In this document: piece by piece, positions 16,435 to 25,723 of the stretch
Layout of the letters: every line of letters begins with the position of its first letter
How positions within the stretch are numbered: position 1 is the stretch's first letter
NCBI GenBank assembly: GCA_002293725.1
Contig: DBDU01000015.1
Location: forward strand, 19,793-83,792
Direction: 5' to 3'
Source: Patescibacteria group bacterium UBA924
GTDB taxonomy: Bacteria > Patescibacteriota > Microgenomatia > UBA1400 > PJMF01
DNA length: 64,000 bases
The notes under the pieces: model-generated
The model's input: only the letters and a program-made list of their open reading frames with translations
Database searches by the model: none
Told to the model about the DNA's origin: nothing
Made by a program: the position numbers and the translations under genes

Positions 16435-18645
16435 TTAGATCGGACATGCTCCGTTCTCACATTTGAGATGTTCGTAGTCAATGTCTTCCAAGAGCGTCTC
16501 GTCTTTTTCAATCTCGTTCAGCGCTTTCATGAACTCAGAGATAGTCACTGGTTGCTCTGGCTGATACTCATACGCAGTGGAGTCTTGCTGTGGCATGACT
16601 GAACAGCATTTGATTAACCCTTGGTACTTACCCACCATCTCACTGTACTCTTTGAAGCTGACTTTTTTCGGATCGTACTTCAAGGTGTAAGACACTTGGT
16701 TCCCAGTATCTGGCAAAGCATTTCCTTGCTCATCTACACCAACGATCCAGTACTTCTCTAAAAGCATTAACCATTTGTACTGTTCCTCTGGGGTAGCTTC
16801 AGCAGCGGTTACCAGCTCACCATTCATTCCAATTCGGCAGATCAAAGGCTGGGTTGGGAAGCCGACAGCGGTAGACCCTTGGTAGCTTTTTAGCTCTTTA
16901 ATTGGGTAGCCTTTTTTCTGGTATTTTTTAACCATTGGATCATCACTTCGATACTGCACCCAGCGAATGTACTCGCGCATACTTGGCAAGTGAGCCCCTT
17001 CGGTTAAGGCGAACAGTTTAGAGATCGTTCCAGATGGTTTGATCGTAGTATTGGTATGAGGTACTGTAACTCCTAACAACTTGGAGTACTTCTCGGCTTC
17101 ATCAACTACAGCGCGTTTGAAACGAGCAATCGTTAACCAGAACTCTTTTGACTTCTCTTCGTCAATTAAGTCACGGAAAGAAAAGCCAAACTGATTCCAG
17201 GCAAACTCATGAATACCTGTCATCCCAACACCAATTCTGTTGGTACGTTGGACCTCACGGTTGTAGAGACAGTCCATGGTATTGACCCGAATTAAAGCCC
17301 GAGTGGCAGCTCGATAGGCTTCCTCAGCATCGTCGAGAGTAGGAGCAAAGTAAGGAACCACGTCGGCGATGACACAGTATCCACCAAGCATGTTCAACGA
17401 GATCTCACCACATGGATTAGGAATCTGTGAGTAAACCTTGGCTCCTGCATTGCGGGCAACGTGGGCCAACATCTTCTCGGTACGACCAAATGGTTTGTAC
17501 TTGCTGCTCTCGGCATATTTGCCATCTTGATACCCTTCGTAGCCGTCATCATTCTGGACCAGTCGGTGTTGATTAATGAATCCTGGCTCACCTGTCCCGT
17601 CTTCGTAAGAAGCTTTTAGAATAGCCTCCAGAACTTTTCGAGCGTGATTGGTGCGCTGTTTCCAGAACTTGTCATCAACAGCTACCGAGTTGTTTGCACT
17701 CCATAGGAAGCCACCTCGTTTGATGTTAATGAAGTCGAAGACTTCTGGATCCGTCCATACTTTAGTTGCAATTCGGGCACTGCGACGAGCACCGCCAACT
17801 AAGACGCACTCTGCTAAGTAGTGATCGACAAACATGGCTTGTTTCCATGGAGAGAGACCAGAACCTTTGAGGGTAGCGGCTTTTTCAATTGCATTCATTA
17901 ATGGTTTAGGACCTGAGGAAGGACGATTCTGCATTCCTTTAATTGGCATGCCTTTGGCCCGTACTTTGGAGAAGTCTAAGATTAAGATGTCATCTTTATA
18001 TTTTTTCTCGTAGGCCATGATCTCCATCATCTCAATGGCTTGAGCCCAACCTTCACGGCTATCAGGGACTTCAAACCAGTGAACTGAGTCACTCTCGCCA
18101 TACTTGTGTTTGGCGTCACGAACGCTCTCATCAAAGCCCCACACAAAGTCTGGATGGTCATCGGCAATCACGCAGCGAACGTTGGGCATGTTGTCCCAGT
18201 TCACTACACACATATCATCATCGTAGGGACGACCTACACCAGAGCCATTCATCAAAAGGTAGAACAAGATGTACGAAGAAGAAGCAGTACTACAGTTGGT
18301 AAAGACCTCCATGTTACGGTTAGGCTGAGTCTCGTCACCGTGTTGGAGGTGACGACCTGACATCAAGATTGAGCCATTAGCGATGTGTTTTCTCATCAGC
18401 TCGTACTCGGCTTTTTGATGTTTTTTGTCAGTTTTCCCTTTGAGGGCTTTGGTGGTTAAAAGAAGCGTGTTTCCATTCGCTACGCGATCAGCAACTTCGG
18501 TCCAGGTTTCATAACGCTCTTCACCATTTTTCTCTTCAATCTTGCGAAGGTATGTTCGCTTGGCAACAGCCATGCCCATTCCACCATCGAGCTTACGCTC
18601 AATAAATTTCATTTTTCTTTTCGGCAATGCCGCGGCTGCTGTCAT
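16435..18645 (-). CDS. nrdJ: Class II (adenosylcobalamin-dependent) monomeric ribonucleoside-triphosphate reductase NrdJ (L. leichmannii RTPR type)
   Basis: 736 aa; N-terminal AVAKRTYLRKIEEKNGEERYETWTEVADRV resembles RTPR N-terminus; active-site thiyl loop PNPCGEISL; C-terminal redox pair CENGACPI at extreme C-terminus. Confidence 0.7.
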   Translation of the reverse strand: MTAAAALPKRKMKFIERKLDGGMGMAVAKRTYLRKIEEKNGEERYETWTEVADRVANGNTLLLTTKALKGKTDKKHQKAEYELMRKHIANGSILMSGRHLQHGDETQPNRNMEVFTNCSTASSSYILFYLLMNGSGVGRPYDDDMCVVNWDNMPNVRCVIADDHPDFVWGFDESVRDAKHKYGESDSVHWFEVPDSREGWAQAIEMMEIMAYEKKYKDDILILDFSKVRAKGMPIKGMQNRPSSGPKPLMNAIEKAATLKGSGLSPWKQAMFVDHYLAECVLVGGARRSARIATKVWTDPEVFDFINIKRGGFLWSANNSVAVDDKFWKQRTNHARKVLEAILKASYEDGTGEPGFINQHRLVQNDDGYEGYQDGKYAESSKYKPFGRTEKMLAHVARNAGAKVYSQIPNPCGEISLNMLGGYCVIADVVPYFAPTLDDAEEAYRAATRALIRVNTMDCLYNREVQRTNRIGVGMTGIHEFAWNQFGFSFRDLIDEEKSKEFWLTIARFKRAVVDEAEKYSKLLGVTVPHTNTTIKPSGTISKLFALTEGAHLPSMREYIRWVQYRSDDPMVKKYQKKGYPIKELKSYQGSTAVGFPTQPLICRIGMNGELVTAAEATPEEQYKWLMLLEKYWIVGVDEQGNALPDTGNQVSYTLKYDPKKVSFKEYSEMVGKYQGLIKCCSVMPQQDSTAYEYQPEQPVTISEFMKALNEIEKDETLLEDIDYEHLKCENGACPI

Positions 18646-19097
18646 ACATTCCTCCTCAATTTGTCGATTTCCTGCTCAAAGTCTTCCAGACTATCAAAGT
18701 CACGATAAACACTCGCAAAGAGCAGGTACGAGAGCTTATCCATTTTCTTCAACTTGTTGATGACTAAATTGCCGATCTCCCAGCTTTTAACTTCCGTCGA
18801 AGTTTTGGCCCGGAGCTTCCTCTCAACATCGTTAATCATCTCCTCAATCTGGTCCATCGAGATTGGACGCTTCCAGGTTGCCTTCGCAATACCTCGGCGC
18901 AGTTTGTCTCGATTAAACGGTTCGCGTTCCCCATCTTTCTTCACCACATTTAAGTCGACGCCTTCTACCCGCTCATACGTCGTAAATCGTTTTGAGCAGC
19001 GGTCACAGCGTCGCCGACGACGGATGCAGCTTTGGTCTTCTGCATCTCGTGTATCGGTGACTGTAGTTTGGCAGGCAAAGCAATACGGACACTTCAT
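18642..19097 (-). CDS. nrdR: Transcriptional repressor NrdR
   Basis: True start is the internal ATG (MKCPYCFACQTTVTDTRDAEDQSCIRRRRRCDRCSKRFTTYERVEG: Zn-ribbon + ATP-cone); 4-nt ATGA overlap with nrdJ; the longer tracked ORF (to 19238) is upstream read-through. Confidence 0.8.
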   Translation of the reverse strand: MKCPYCFACQTTVTDTRDAEDQSCIRRRRRCDRCSKRFTTYERVEGVDLNVVKKDGEREPFNRDKLRRGIAKATWKRPISMDQIEEMINDVERKLRAKTSTEVKSWEIGNLVINKLKKMDKLSYLLFASVYRDFDSLEDFEQEIDKLRRNV

Positions 19098-19256
19098 ATT
19101 CTTTACAGATTCGATCTTTATTACTCTGCCGATACTGTATTTAGTGTTTTTGTGAGGATTAAATACTAAATATAGTTGTCGTTGGGGAAATAGGATCTCA
19201 CGGAGGGGGGTAAGGGGCAACGATCGTAAATAGATCAAACTATATTAGTTTTGGAC

Positions 19257-19841
19257 TTACTTTTGAGCGATACTCGCTCGAAGTTCCGACATGAGCAAGT
19301 CATGTTCTTTTAAGATTTGATCAAGCTGTGCGCGATGGGCATCGGTCAGCTGAGGAGCCAGTTCCACGAGTTCTTTAGAGTGGTATGCAATGGCTTTAGC
19401 AATGCGCTCTTTCATAGAAGCGTCAACGTCGCTGGCCAGTGCATCTTGAGTCGCTTGATTGAGGTAGTTTTGGGACTTTAATAAAGTTGTCATTGCCAAC
19501 TCTTCATTCTCTTTTTGCAGCAACGCCTTCGCATAATCGAGACGGCGGTGGGCATACTCTATCTTGATGAAGATCTGCTCTTGGGGAGTAGCCGTTTCCA
19601 GCTGTAAACGGTCCATCGCCATGATGACTTTATACAGAGAGTGATCTGGTAAAACTTGGTGCGAAAAGTACAACTTACTCTCTGAAGCAGCCTGCCCCCC
19701 AGTTGAAGAAACTTGAGTGGCACTGAAGAGCGAGATAATTAAGATGCTGCTACCAAATCCCAATCCTAGCAGCGAGAAGAGAAAGCGAGTTCTCATAAGT
19801 AATACAGATGTAAATTGTACCAAGTACTTGAGGAGAGTCAA
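19257..19841 (-). CDS. Hypothetical secreted/anchored helical protein
   Basis: 194 aa, N-terminal hydrophobic segment, Q/E/A/L-rich predicted coiled coil. Confidence 0.3.
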   Translation of the reverse strand: MTLLKYLVQFTSVLLMRTRFLFSLLGLGFGSSILIISLFSATQVSSTGGQAASESKLYFSHQVLPDHSLYKVIMAMDRLQLETATPQEQIFIKIEYAHRRLDYAKALLQKENEELAMTTLLKSQNYLNQATQDALASDVDASMKERIAKAIAYHSKELVELAPQLTDAHRAQLDQILKEHDLLMSELRASIAQK

Positions 19842-19881
19842 ATTAAAGAAGTCTTGAATCGTCCACGTAATCAGACATTAA

Positions 19882-20676
19882 CTATCGAGTATGGACCAAA
19901 AGGACCATTCCCCAGATGGCATGGGACAGTGAGAGGGCGTAAATATTTCTGACTCGAGCAAATAACAACGCTTGTCCAAGGCCAAAGAAGAAGAGTAAGA
20001 AAAGCTGTCCGCCAATCAAACTCAGGTCGAAACGAAGAATCGTGTTAGGGATATGGAAGACTAAGAAGATAACAGCAGTGACGAGTACTTGATTAAGCAA
20101 TGACCAATTTTTGAACTTCTCCATGATCACGGTCATGATCCAGCAGTAGAAGAAAAGTGACTCCCAAAAGCCTGTCATCATTGCTAAAGCAAACTCCCAC
20201 CAGAAGCTATCAGAAGCAAACAGCGGTGCAGCTTGAACGACGACGCCTTTGCGCATCAATGAGGCCAGTGCTCCTGCGAAGCCAAATAGTCCACCAATCG
20301 CTAATCCCATCCATAAACCAGATTGGAGGTAACGGGGACTAATGGTGTCGGCAATTGATTTTGATCGAGTGATGGAAACGTACAACCACACTGGTAGACC
20401 GAAGAACACAGCTTTACCAATACTCTCGTCAAACCAAACTGGAAAACGGAAAAGGTAGCGATATACACACCACATTACAAAAACGAGCAATAATAACGGA
20501 ATAAAAGCAATGTGCTGCGCGATAGGACCTGAGCTAGTGACAGTTACCCGACGAGAAGTCGTCGGTTGTTGGTAACGTCGTCTAAGTTGCACAATCCCTG
20601 GTTTGGCGCTGGAAACCCGCGTAGCTGTACTACGTTTCCCAACTTTACCAGAATTAGCTTTGGGCTTGGATGGCAT
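19882..20676 (-). CDS. Polytopic membrane protein, possible CPBP (CAAX protease/Abi) family intramembrane metalloprotease with basic N-terminal tail
   Basis: FWESLFFY (degenerate EExxxR), FLVFH (FxxxH), SHAIWG (HxxxN-like) motifs in TM helices. Confidence 0.35.
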   Translation of the reverse strand: MPSKPKANSGKVGKRSTATRVSSAKPGIVQLRRRYQQPTTSRRVTVTSSGPIAQHIAFIPLLLLVFVMWCVYRYLFRFPVWFDESIGKAVFFGLPVWLYVSITRSKSIADTISPRYLQSGLWMGLAIGGLFGFAGALASLMRKGVVVQAAPLFASDSFWWEFALAMMTGFWESLFFYCWIMTVIMEKFKNWSLLNQVLVTAVIFLVFHIPNTILRFDLSLIGGQLFLLFFFGLGQALLFARVRNIYALSLSHAIWGMVLLVHTR

Positions 20677-21280
20677 TAAGGACAGTTTGAAGCGTTTCTT
20701 CCCTACTTACTTTGTAGGTATCAATGATTAAATCGTAGAGTTTTGGGTTCCAAAAATCAATCGGATCCTCGGCAGTGAGAACTCCGTTGGCGACGACCCA
20801 TGCTTTCCATTGATCGCCGTACATATCGATCCATTTGGCGGTGTTCTTTTCGTAACGAGTTCTCATGTTCTCGATAGCCTGTTTAGGAGTAACGTTATCT
20901 CGGTTCACAATTCGATCAACGCGAACAGCCTCATCACTGCAGGTCATCAGAACTTTCAAGGTTCCCAAAACCCCTTGAGCCATAAATCCCGATAACCAAG
21001 ACTCTAAAATTTGAAACTTACCCGTTTCTAAACGCTGACGCATACCAAGGTCAACCTGGCGATCAAAGTCGGGTGGATAAGCAGTCGCATCATGATGAAG
21101 TGCAGTCGTATCTTTAAACAAACCCTGGGAGATGGCATAGTCACGCATGAACTCACCGCCGCTAAAACCTGTCCAACCCCTTGGCCCCAACTCTTCTTTC
21201 AATAACTTCAGGAGGGTAGTTGAGCCACTTCCTGGCAAACCAGAAATGGTAATGTTTGGATAACGATACTTCTCACTCAT
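20654..21280 (-). CDS. P-loop NTPase, cytidylate-kinase-like/nucleotide kinase family
   Basis: Walker A ISGLPGSGSTTLL near N-terminus; 208 aa. Confidence 0.45.
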   Translation of the reverse strand: MSEKYRYPNITISGLPGSGSTTLLKLLKEELGPRGWTGFSGGEFMRDYAISQGLFKDTTALHHDATAYPPDFDRQVDLGMRQRLETGKFQILESWLSGFMAQGVLGTLKVLMTCSDEAVRVDRIVNRDNVTPKQAIENMRTRYEKNTAKWIDMYGDQWKAWVVANGVLTAEDPIDFWNPKLYDLIIDTYKVSREETLQTVLNAIQAQS

Positions 21281-21330
21281 AATAGCTCTCCTGATCAGAC
21301 TGTGTCTCTTTGGGCGATTGTACCTGTAAC

Positions 21331-21825
21331 TTAATCGTTTTTCAGCTGGCAGTGTGTAGCCTGTTCCATACTGGAAATTACCATTGAAATTTTGGATGCT
21401 GCCTCTTGGAGGGTCAAACGACGCTCATTGTGAGGGAAGTAGTGAAAGATTTGATTACGACACTCTAACCATGTTTTCCAGAGAGACGCCGCAATATCAG
21501 GGCCACAGATTTTCTTGACATCATCGTATAACCACCATTGGTCTCGTTGCTTTGGATGAACGTCCGGATTCATGGCTCGTCCGATTCGAAAGCGCTTATC
21601 AGCGTAGGTGACGGCGTTAATTAACCCTAAGTCAAACAAATATTGCTTGAGAAAGCCCTCATATGCTTTAGAGATTGGAAAAACAACGAAGGAGTAGTCA
21701 GTAAATGCTGAGTGCATCCGCTCTTCACGCTCGTATAATTCTAGAGTGGTCTCTGTTAACTCTTTCTGCCAACTAGAGAGTTGCATAAACCAGGGCTGCA
21801 TAAGAATCGAGCGGAAACGTTGCAT
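21331..21825 (-). CDS. Hypothetical protein with C-terminal R-x4-H (HEPN-like) motif
   Basis: 164 aa; ...WLECRNQIFHYFPHNER... Rx4H motif; otherwise unrecognised. Confidence 0.3.
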   Translation of the reverse strand: MQRFRSILMQPWFMQLSSWQKELTETTLELYEREERMHSAFTDYSFVVFPISKAYEGFLKQYLFDLGLINAVTYADKRFRIGRAMNPDVHPKQRDQWWLYDDVKKICGPDIAASLWKTWLECRNQIFHYFPHNERRLTLQEAASKISMVISSMEQATHCQLKND

Positions 21826-21908
21826 AGGGACAGGTCAATGATAGATAATACTCTCCCAATATAGAATGGGTGGCAGCTCGAAACAAGGTACGGTAACGTT
21901 TATCTACT

Positions 21909-24386
21909 GTGAGTAATACGTCCTCTCCCCACCAGCCCTCCAAGCCAAGTTTGAAAGACAAAGTTTTGACGCCGATCACCACCATGAAAAGCAAACAGTG
22001 GCAGAAAGCATTTACGGGCAAGTACCAGCCCAAAAGTAAGACTGCCAAAAATACTAAAGAGACGACGGGCACTTCTAAACGAAAGTTGCCGAAATGGTTG
22101 CGGATCTTATTGCTCCCAATTACTAATCCGTTCTTGCGCTTCGGCTTGATCGCCTTAGCACTGTGTGGCGTCTTAGCTCTGCTTTATATTTTGCGTGATC
22201 TCCCCTCACCTCGTCGTTTAACTTCCAGCGAAAACTTTGCGGTTAGTACCCAAATTTTTGATCGCAAGGGCAGGCTACTCTACGAGATTTTTGCTGATGA
22301 AAATCGAATCCCTATCTCAATTGACTCCCTGCCACCACACGTTTACCAAGCAACTATCGCCATTGAAGATCAGAATTTTTACAAGCACTGGGGTTTTGAC
22401 ATTATTGGAATTACCCGCGCAATTCGTAACACTCTTCAAGGTAGACGTTTAGAGGGTGGTTCCACAATTACTCAACAGTTAGTCAAAACGGCACTGCTAA
22501 CTCCGGAACGCTCTTTACAACGTAAAGCTAAGGAAGGAGTCCTCTCTGTTGTTACTGAGTTACTCTACTCAAAAGAAGAAATCTTGGAGATGTACCTGAA
22601 CTATATTTCCTACGGCGGCACCTCGGTGGGAATTGAGTCAGCGGCGCAGCGCTACTTTGATAAACCAGCGAAGGACTTAAGTATTGCCGAAGCAGCGTTG
22701 CTGGCTGGTTTACCACAAGCGCCTTCACAGTACTCACCGTTTGGGAGCAGCCCAGAGCGTGCTAAAGCTCGCCAGCAAGACGTTATTCGCCGGATGCAAG
22801 AAGACGGCTACATTACCGCCGAACAAGCCGAGCAAGCGAAAAATGAGGTCTTACAGTTCGCCATTTCTAGAACGGACATCCAAGCTCCTCACTTTGTCTT
22901 CTATGTTCGTGACTTACTGTACGAAAAGTATGGTGAAGAACGCGTCGAAACAGGCGGCCTACGGGTAACTACATCACTAGATCTTGATTTGCAAAATGTA
23001 GCCCAAGCTTCTCTTTCGGCTCAAATTGACAAGCTGCAAACTGCCCGTGTCAGTAATGGTGCCAGTATCGTGATGAAGCCAAACACTGGTGAGATCTTAG
23101 CCATGATTGGCTCCAAAGACTACTTTAATACGGCTGAAGATGGTCAAGTGAACGTCACCCTTAGACCTCGCCAGCCAGGTTCTTCCATCAAACCAATCAT
23201 GTACGCGACTGCATTTCAAGAAAAACTTTTAAACCCTGGTTCTTACTTGTTAGATATTCCCACCTGTTTTGAAGTCGCAGGCCAGAAACCATACTGTCCG
23301 AAAAACTACGACGGTGGCTTCAAAGGTCCAGTATCGATTCGCCAAGCACTCGGAAACTCGTTAAACATTCCTGCCGTGAAAGGACTGCGACTGATTGGTT
23401 TAGAAAAGTTCATTGACCAAGCAACCGACATGGGAATTACCAGCTGGAAAGATCCATCTAACTACGGCTTATCGCTTACTCTTGGTGGTGGTGAGATTCG
23501 GATGATCGACCTTGCTCAGGCGTTTGGCGTCATCGCCAATCAAGGCGTGAAAGTTCCTGTGACACCAATCCTCAAAATCGAAGACTACAAAGGCAACGTT
23601 ATTGAAGAGCTTAGCTTTGATGAACGACAGCGAGACTTAGTCGATCTGACTGCGGATGAAGACACGAATGAGTTAGGAGACTTAGAACGAGTCATGAACA
23701 GAGCTCCTGCCTATCTCACGTCGCATATCATGCAAGATAACAATGCTCGGATGGCTGCTTTCGGTCCCAACTCAAAGTTAGTTATTCCCGGTCAAATTGT
23801 CAGTGCTAAAACGGGAACCACCAATGACCTGAAAGATAACTGGACAGTTGGCTTTACGCCGCAGTTCTTAGTTATCACGTGGGTGGGTAATAACGATGGA
23901 TCACCCATGAATCGTAACTTGGTATCTGGCATTACTGGTGCAGCACCAATTTTCAATGACATTATGTCCTACGTATTGAGAGATCAAGAACCAATCATTC
24001 CGGAGAAACCTGATGACGTGACCGCGGGAGCAGTCTGTGTGACCGGTATGCCACCACAACCAGGAGAAAACTGTCCGCAACAAGCGAATGAGCTGTACTG
24101 GCGTAAGTCATTACCATCAAAAGCTCAGTTCGTGACCAAAGAAGTTTGGGTTCATCCTGAAACTGGCTTGCCATTCCAAGCCGGTGAGTCAACCGATGGT
24201 CTTCAACTACAGATGCGAACAATCTTGACTGATCCATTTACTGCTGACTACTGTCAGGACTGTGCGCGTCCTGTCGATGAACAAGGGCAGCCCGTCTTTG
24301 AGCAACACAACATCGACGCGGCGGCTACATTTGATGAGGTGTTTAACACCACAAGCGAGACAAACCAAGAATCAGCTGCCCAATAA
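21909..24386 (+). CDS. Class A penicillin-binding protein (bifunctional glycosyltransferase GT51 / transpeptidase)
   Basis: 825 aa; N-terminal TM; GT51 motifs IAIEDQNFYKHWGFD, GGSTITQQLVK; transpeptidase SxxK (PGSSIKP), SxN and KTG (SAKTGTTND) motifs. Confidence 0.85.
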   Translation: MSNTSSPHQPSKPSLKDKVLTPITTMKSKQWQKAFTGKYQPKSKTAKNTKETTGTSKRKLPKWLRILLLPITNPFLRFGLIALALCGVLALLYILRDLPSPRRLTSSENFAVSTQIFDRKGRLLYEIFADENRIPISIDSLPPHVYQATIAIEDQNFYKHWGFDIIGITRAIRNTLQGRRLEGGSTITQQLVKTALLTPERSLQRKAKEGVLSVVTELLYSKEEILEMYLNYISYGGTSVGIESAAQRYFDKPAKDLSIAEAALLAGLPQAPSQYSPFGSSPERAKARQQDVIRRMQEDGYITAEQAEQAKNEVLQFAISRTDIQAPHFVFYVRDLLYEKYGEERVETGGLRVTTSLDLDLQNVAQASLSAQIDKLQTARVSNGASIVMKPNTGEILAMIGSKDYFNTAEDGQVNVTLRPRQPGSSIKPIMYATAFQEKLLNPGSYLLDIPTCFEVAGQKPYCPKNYDGGFKGPVSIRQALGNSLNIPAVKGLRLIGLEKFIDQATDMGITSWKDPSNYGLSLTLGGGEIRMIDLAQAFGVIANQGVKVPVTPILKIEDYKGNVIEELSFDERQRDLVDLTADEDTNELGDLERVMNRAPAYLTSHIMQDNNARMAAFGPNSKLVIPGQIVSAKTGTTNDLKDNWTVGFTPQFLVITWVGNNDGSPMNRNLVSGITGAAPIFNDIMSYVLRDQEPIIPEKPDDVTAGAVCVTGMPPQPGENCPQQANELYWRKSLPSKAQFVTKEVWVHPETGLPFQAGESTDGLQLQMRTILTDPFTADYCQDCARPVDEQGQPVFEQHNIDAAATFDEVFNTTSETNQESAAQ

Positions 24387-24401
24387 GAAGAAAGGTGCCT
24401 C

Positions 24402-25646
24402 ATGCGTTCACCGAGAATAAAGTCTCGACTCCTCGGTTTTCTGCTGCTCTTCGCTTTGGTTGTGATCGGCGGAGCGGGATGGTACTGGTACACACACGTC
24501 CGAATTGCTAGTTTGCTCTCACCATTTATGAGAGATTTGGACGATACACCTCCTCTCTCGAGTCTCGACTCACCACAGTACATTGTCTACGGTTTCGTTC
24601 CTTACTGGAACCTAACTAAGACCATCGTCCAGCCAGAGATCACACACCTCGCCTACTTCTCATTGCCGATTAGTGAGGAGGGACATCTGGATGGAATTAC
24701 TAGCCCTGTCAGTGACGATCCTGATGCAGATATTAGTAGCCGCCGCTGGCGCTCTGCACAACTCGATCGCGTGGTCAACGAACTCCGCCCAAATCAAAAG
24801 CTAACTATTACCTTAACTCAGTTCGATACCGAGGTAATTGAAAACTTCTTAGGCTCTACGCAAGCTCAAGATACTTTTCAAGCTGACATGAAGTCTTTTC
24901 TAGAAACAACCACTCGCCCGGTGGCAGGAGTGAATGTAGATATCGAGTATGCCGGTGAAGCTAGTCCAGAACTTCGACAGCAGTACGTTGAGTTCATCAA
25001 ACGGACGCGTCAAACCTTAGATACCTATGCCAAGTCTGCTGGCAAACAACCACTCCAACTTTCTATGAGTGTCTTTGCCAGCGCTGCGAGCCGACACTTA
25101 CTTTGGGATCTACCAGCACTCACTCCTTACATCGACCAAACCGTGGTGATGGCCTACGACTTTCACCGGCCGTCTTCACCAGTAGCAGGTCCCGTTGCTC
25201 CGTTGTTTGGAGCCAAAAACGTCTGGGACAATGACGTGGTACTTCACTTACGAGAGTTCTTGGAGGTGATGCCTGCAGAGAAAATTCTCTTAGGGGTTCC
25301 TTTTTACGGATACGAGTGGGAAACAACTGAAACTGAGAATCCTCGGGCTCTATCTTTTCCTGGAACTGGCGGGACTGCCAGTTATGGACGGGTGCAACAG
25401 CTTCTTCAAGATCCTGAGTACTTTCCGATCACTCAAGGTTGGGATGAAGAAGCACTCTCGCCTTACTTGGTCTACTTCAAAGACGGCCGACAGCACGTGA
25501 TCTACTACGAAGATGCAAAGTCACTAGGATACAAACTGGAACTCGTTACTGGCCTTCGTTTAGGAGGAATTGCAATTTGGGCATTAGGATATGAAGATGG
25601 CTCTCGTGAGTTATGGGATGCAATTGATCAATACTTAGCTGAGTAA
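24402..25646 (+). CDS. Glycoside hydrolase family 18-like protein (chitinase/cortex-lytic-like), membrane-anchored
   Basis: 414 aa; N-terminal TM; AGVNVDIEYAG resembling GH18 DGxDxDWE catalytic motif with Glu retained. Confidence 0.5.
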   Translation: MRSPRIKSRLLGFLLLFALVVIGGAGWYWYTHVRIASLLSPFMRDLDDTPPLSSLDSPQYIVYGFVPYWNLTKTIVQPEITHLAYFSLPISEEGHLDGITSPVSDDPDADISSRRWRSAQLDRVVNELRPNQKLTITLTQFDTEVIENFLGSTQAQDTFQADMKSFLETTTRPVAGVNVDIEYAGEASPELRQQYVEFIKRTRQTLDTYAKSAGKQPLQLSMSVFASAASRHLLWDLPALTPYIDQTVVMAYDFHRPSSPVAGPVAPLFGAKNVWDNDVVLHLREFLEVMPAEKILLGVPFYGYEWETTETENPRALSFPGTGGTASYGRVQQLLQDPEYFPITQGWDEEALSPYLVYFKDGRQHVIYYEDAKSLGYKLELVTGLRLGGIAIWALGYEDGSRELWDAIDQYLAE

Positions 25647-25723
25647 ATTTTTACCCTATAAATCTTTTTTACTAAACTTCTCAAAGAAGATCAAAACACG
25701 ACAATTGAATACACTACCGCCCC

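Noticed and set aside
18642-19238. 198-aa version of the NrdR ORF with a 47-aa N-terminal extension
   Set aside because: NrdR universally begins at the Zn-ribbon (M-K/H-C-P-x-C). The internal ATG at 19097 gives a 151-aa protein of canonical length, so the extension is upstream read-through.
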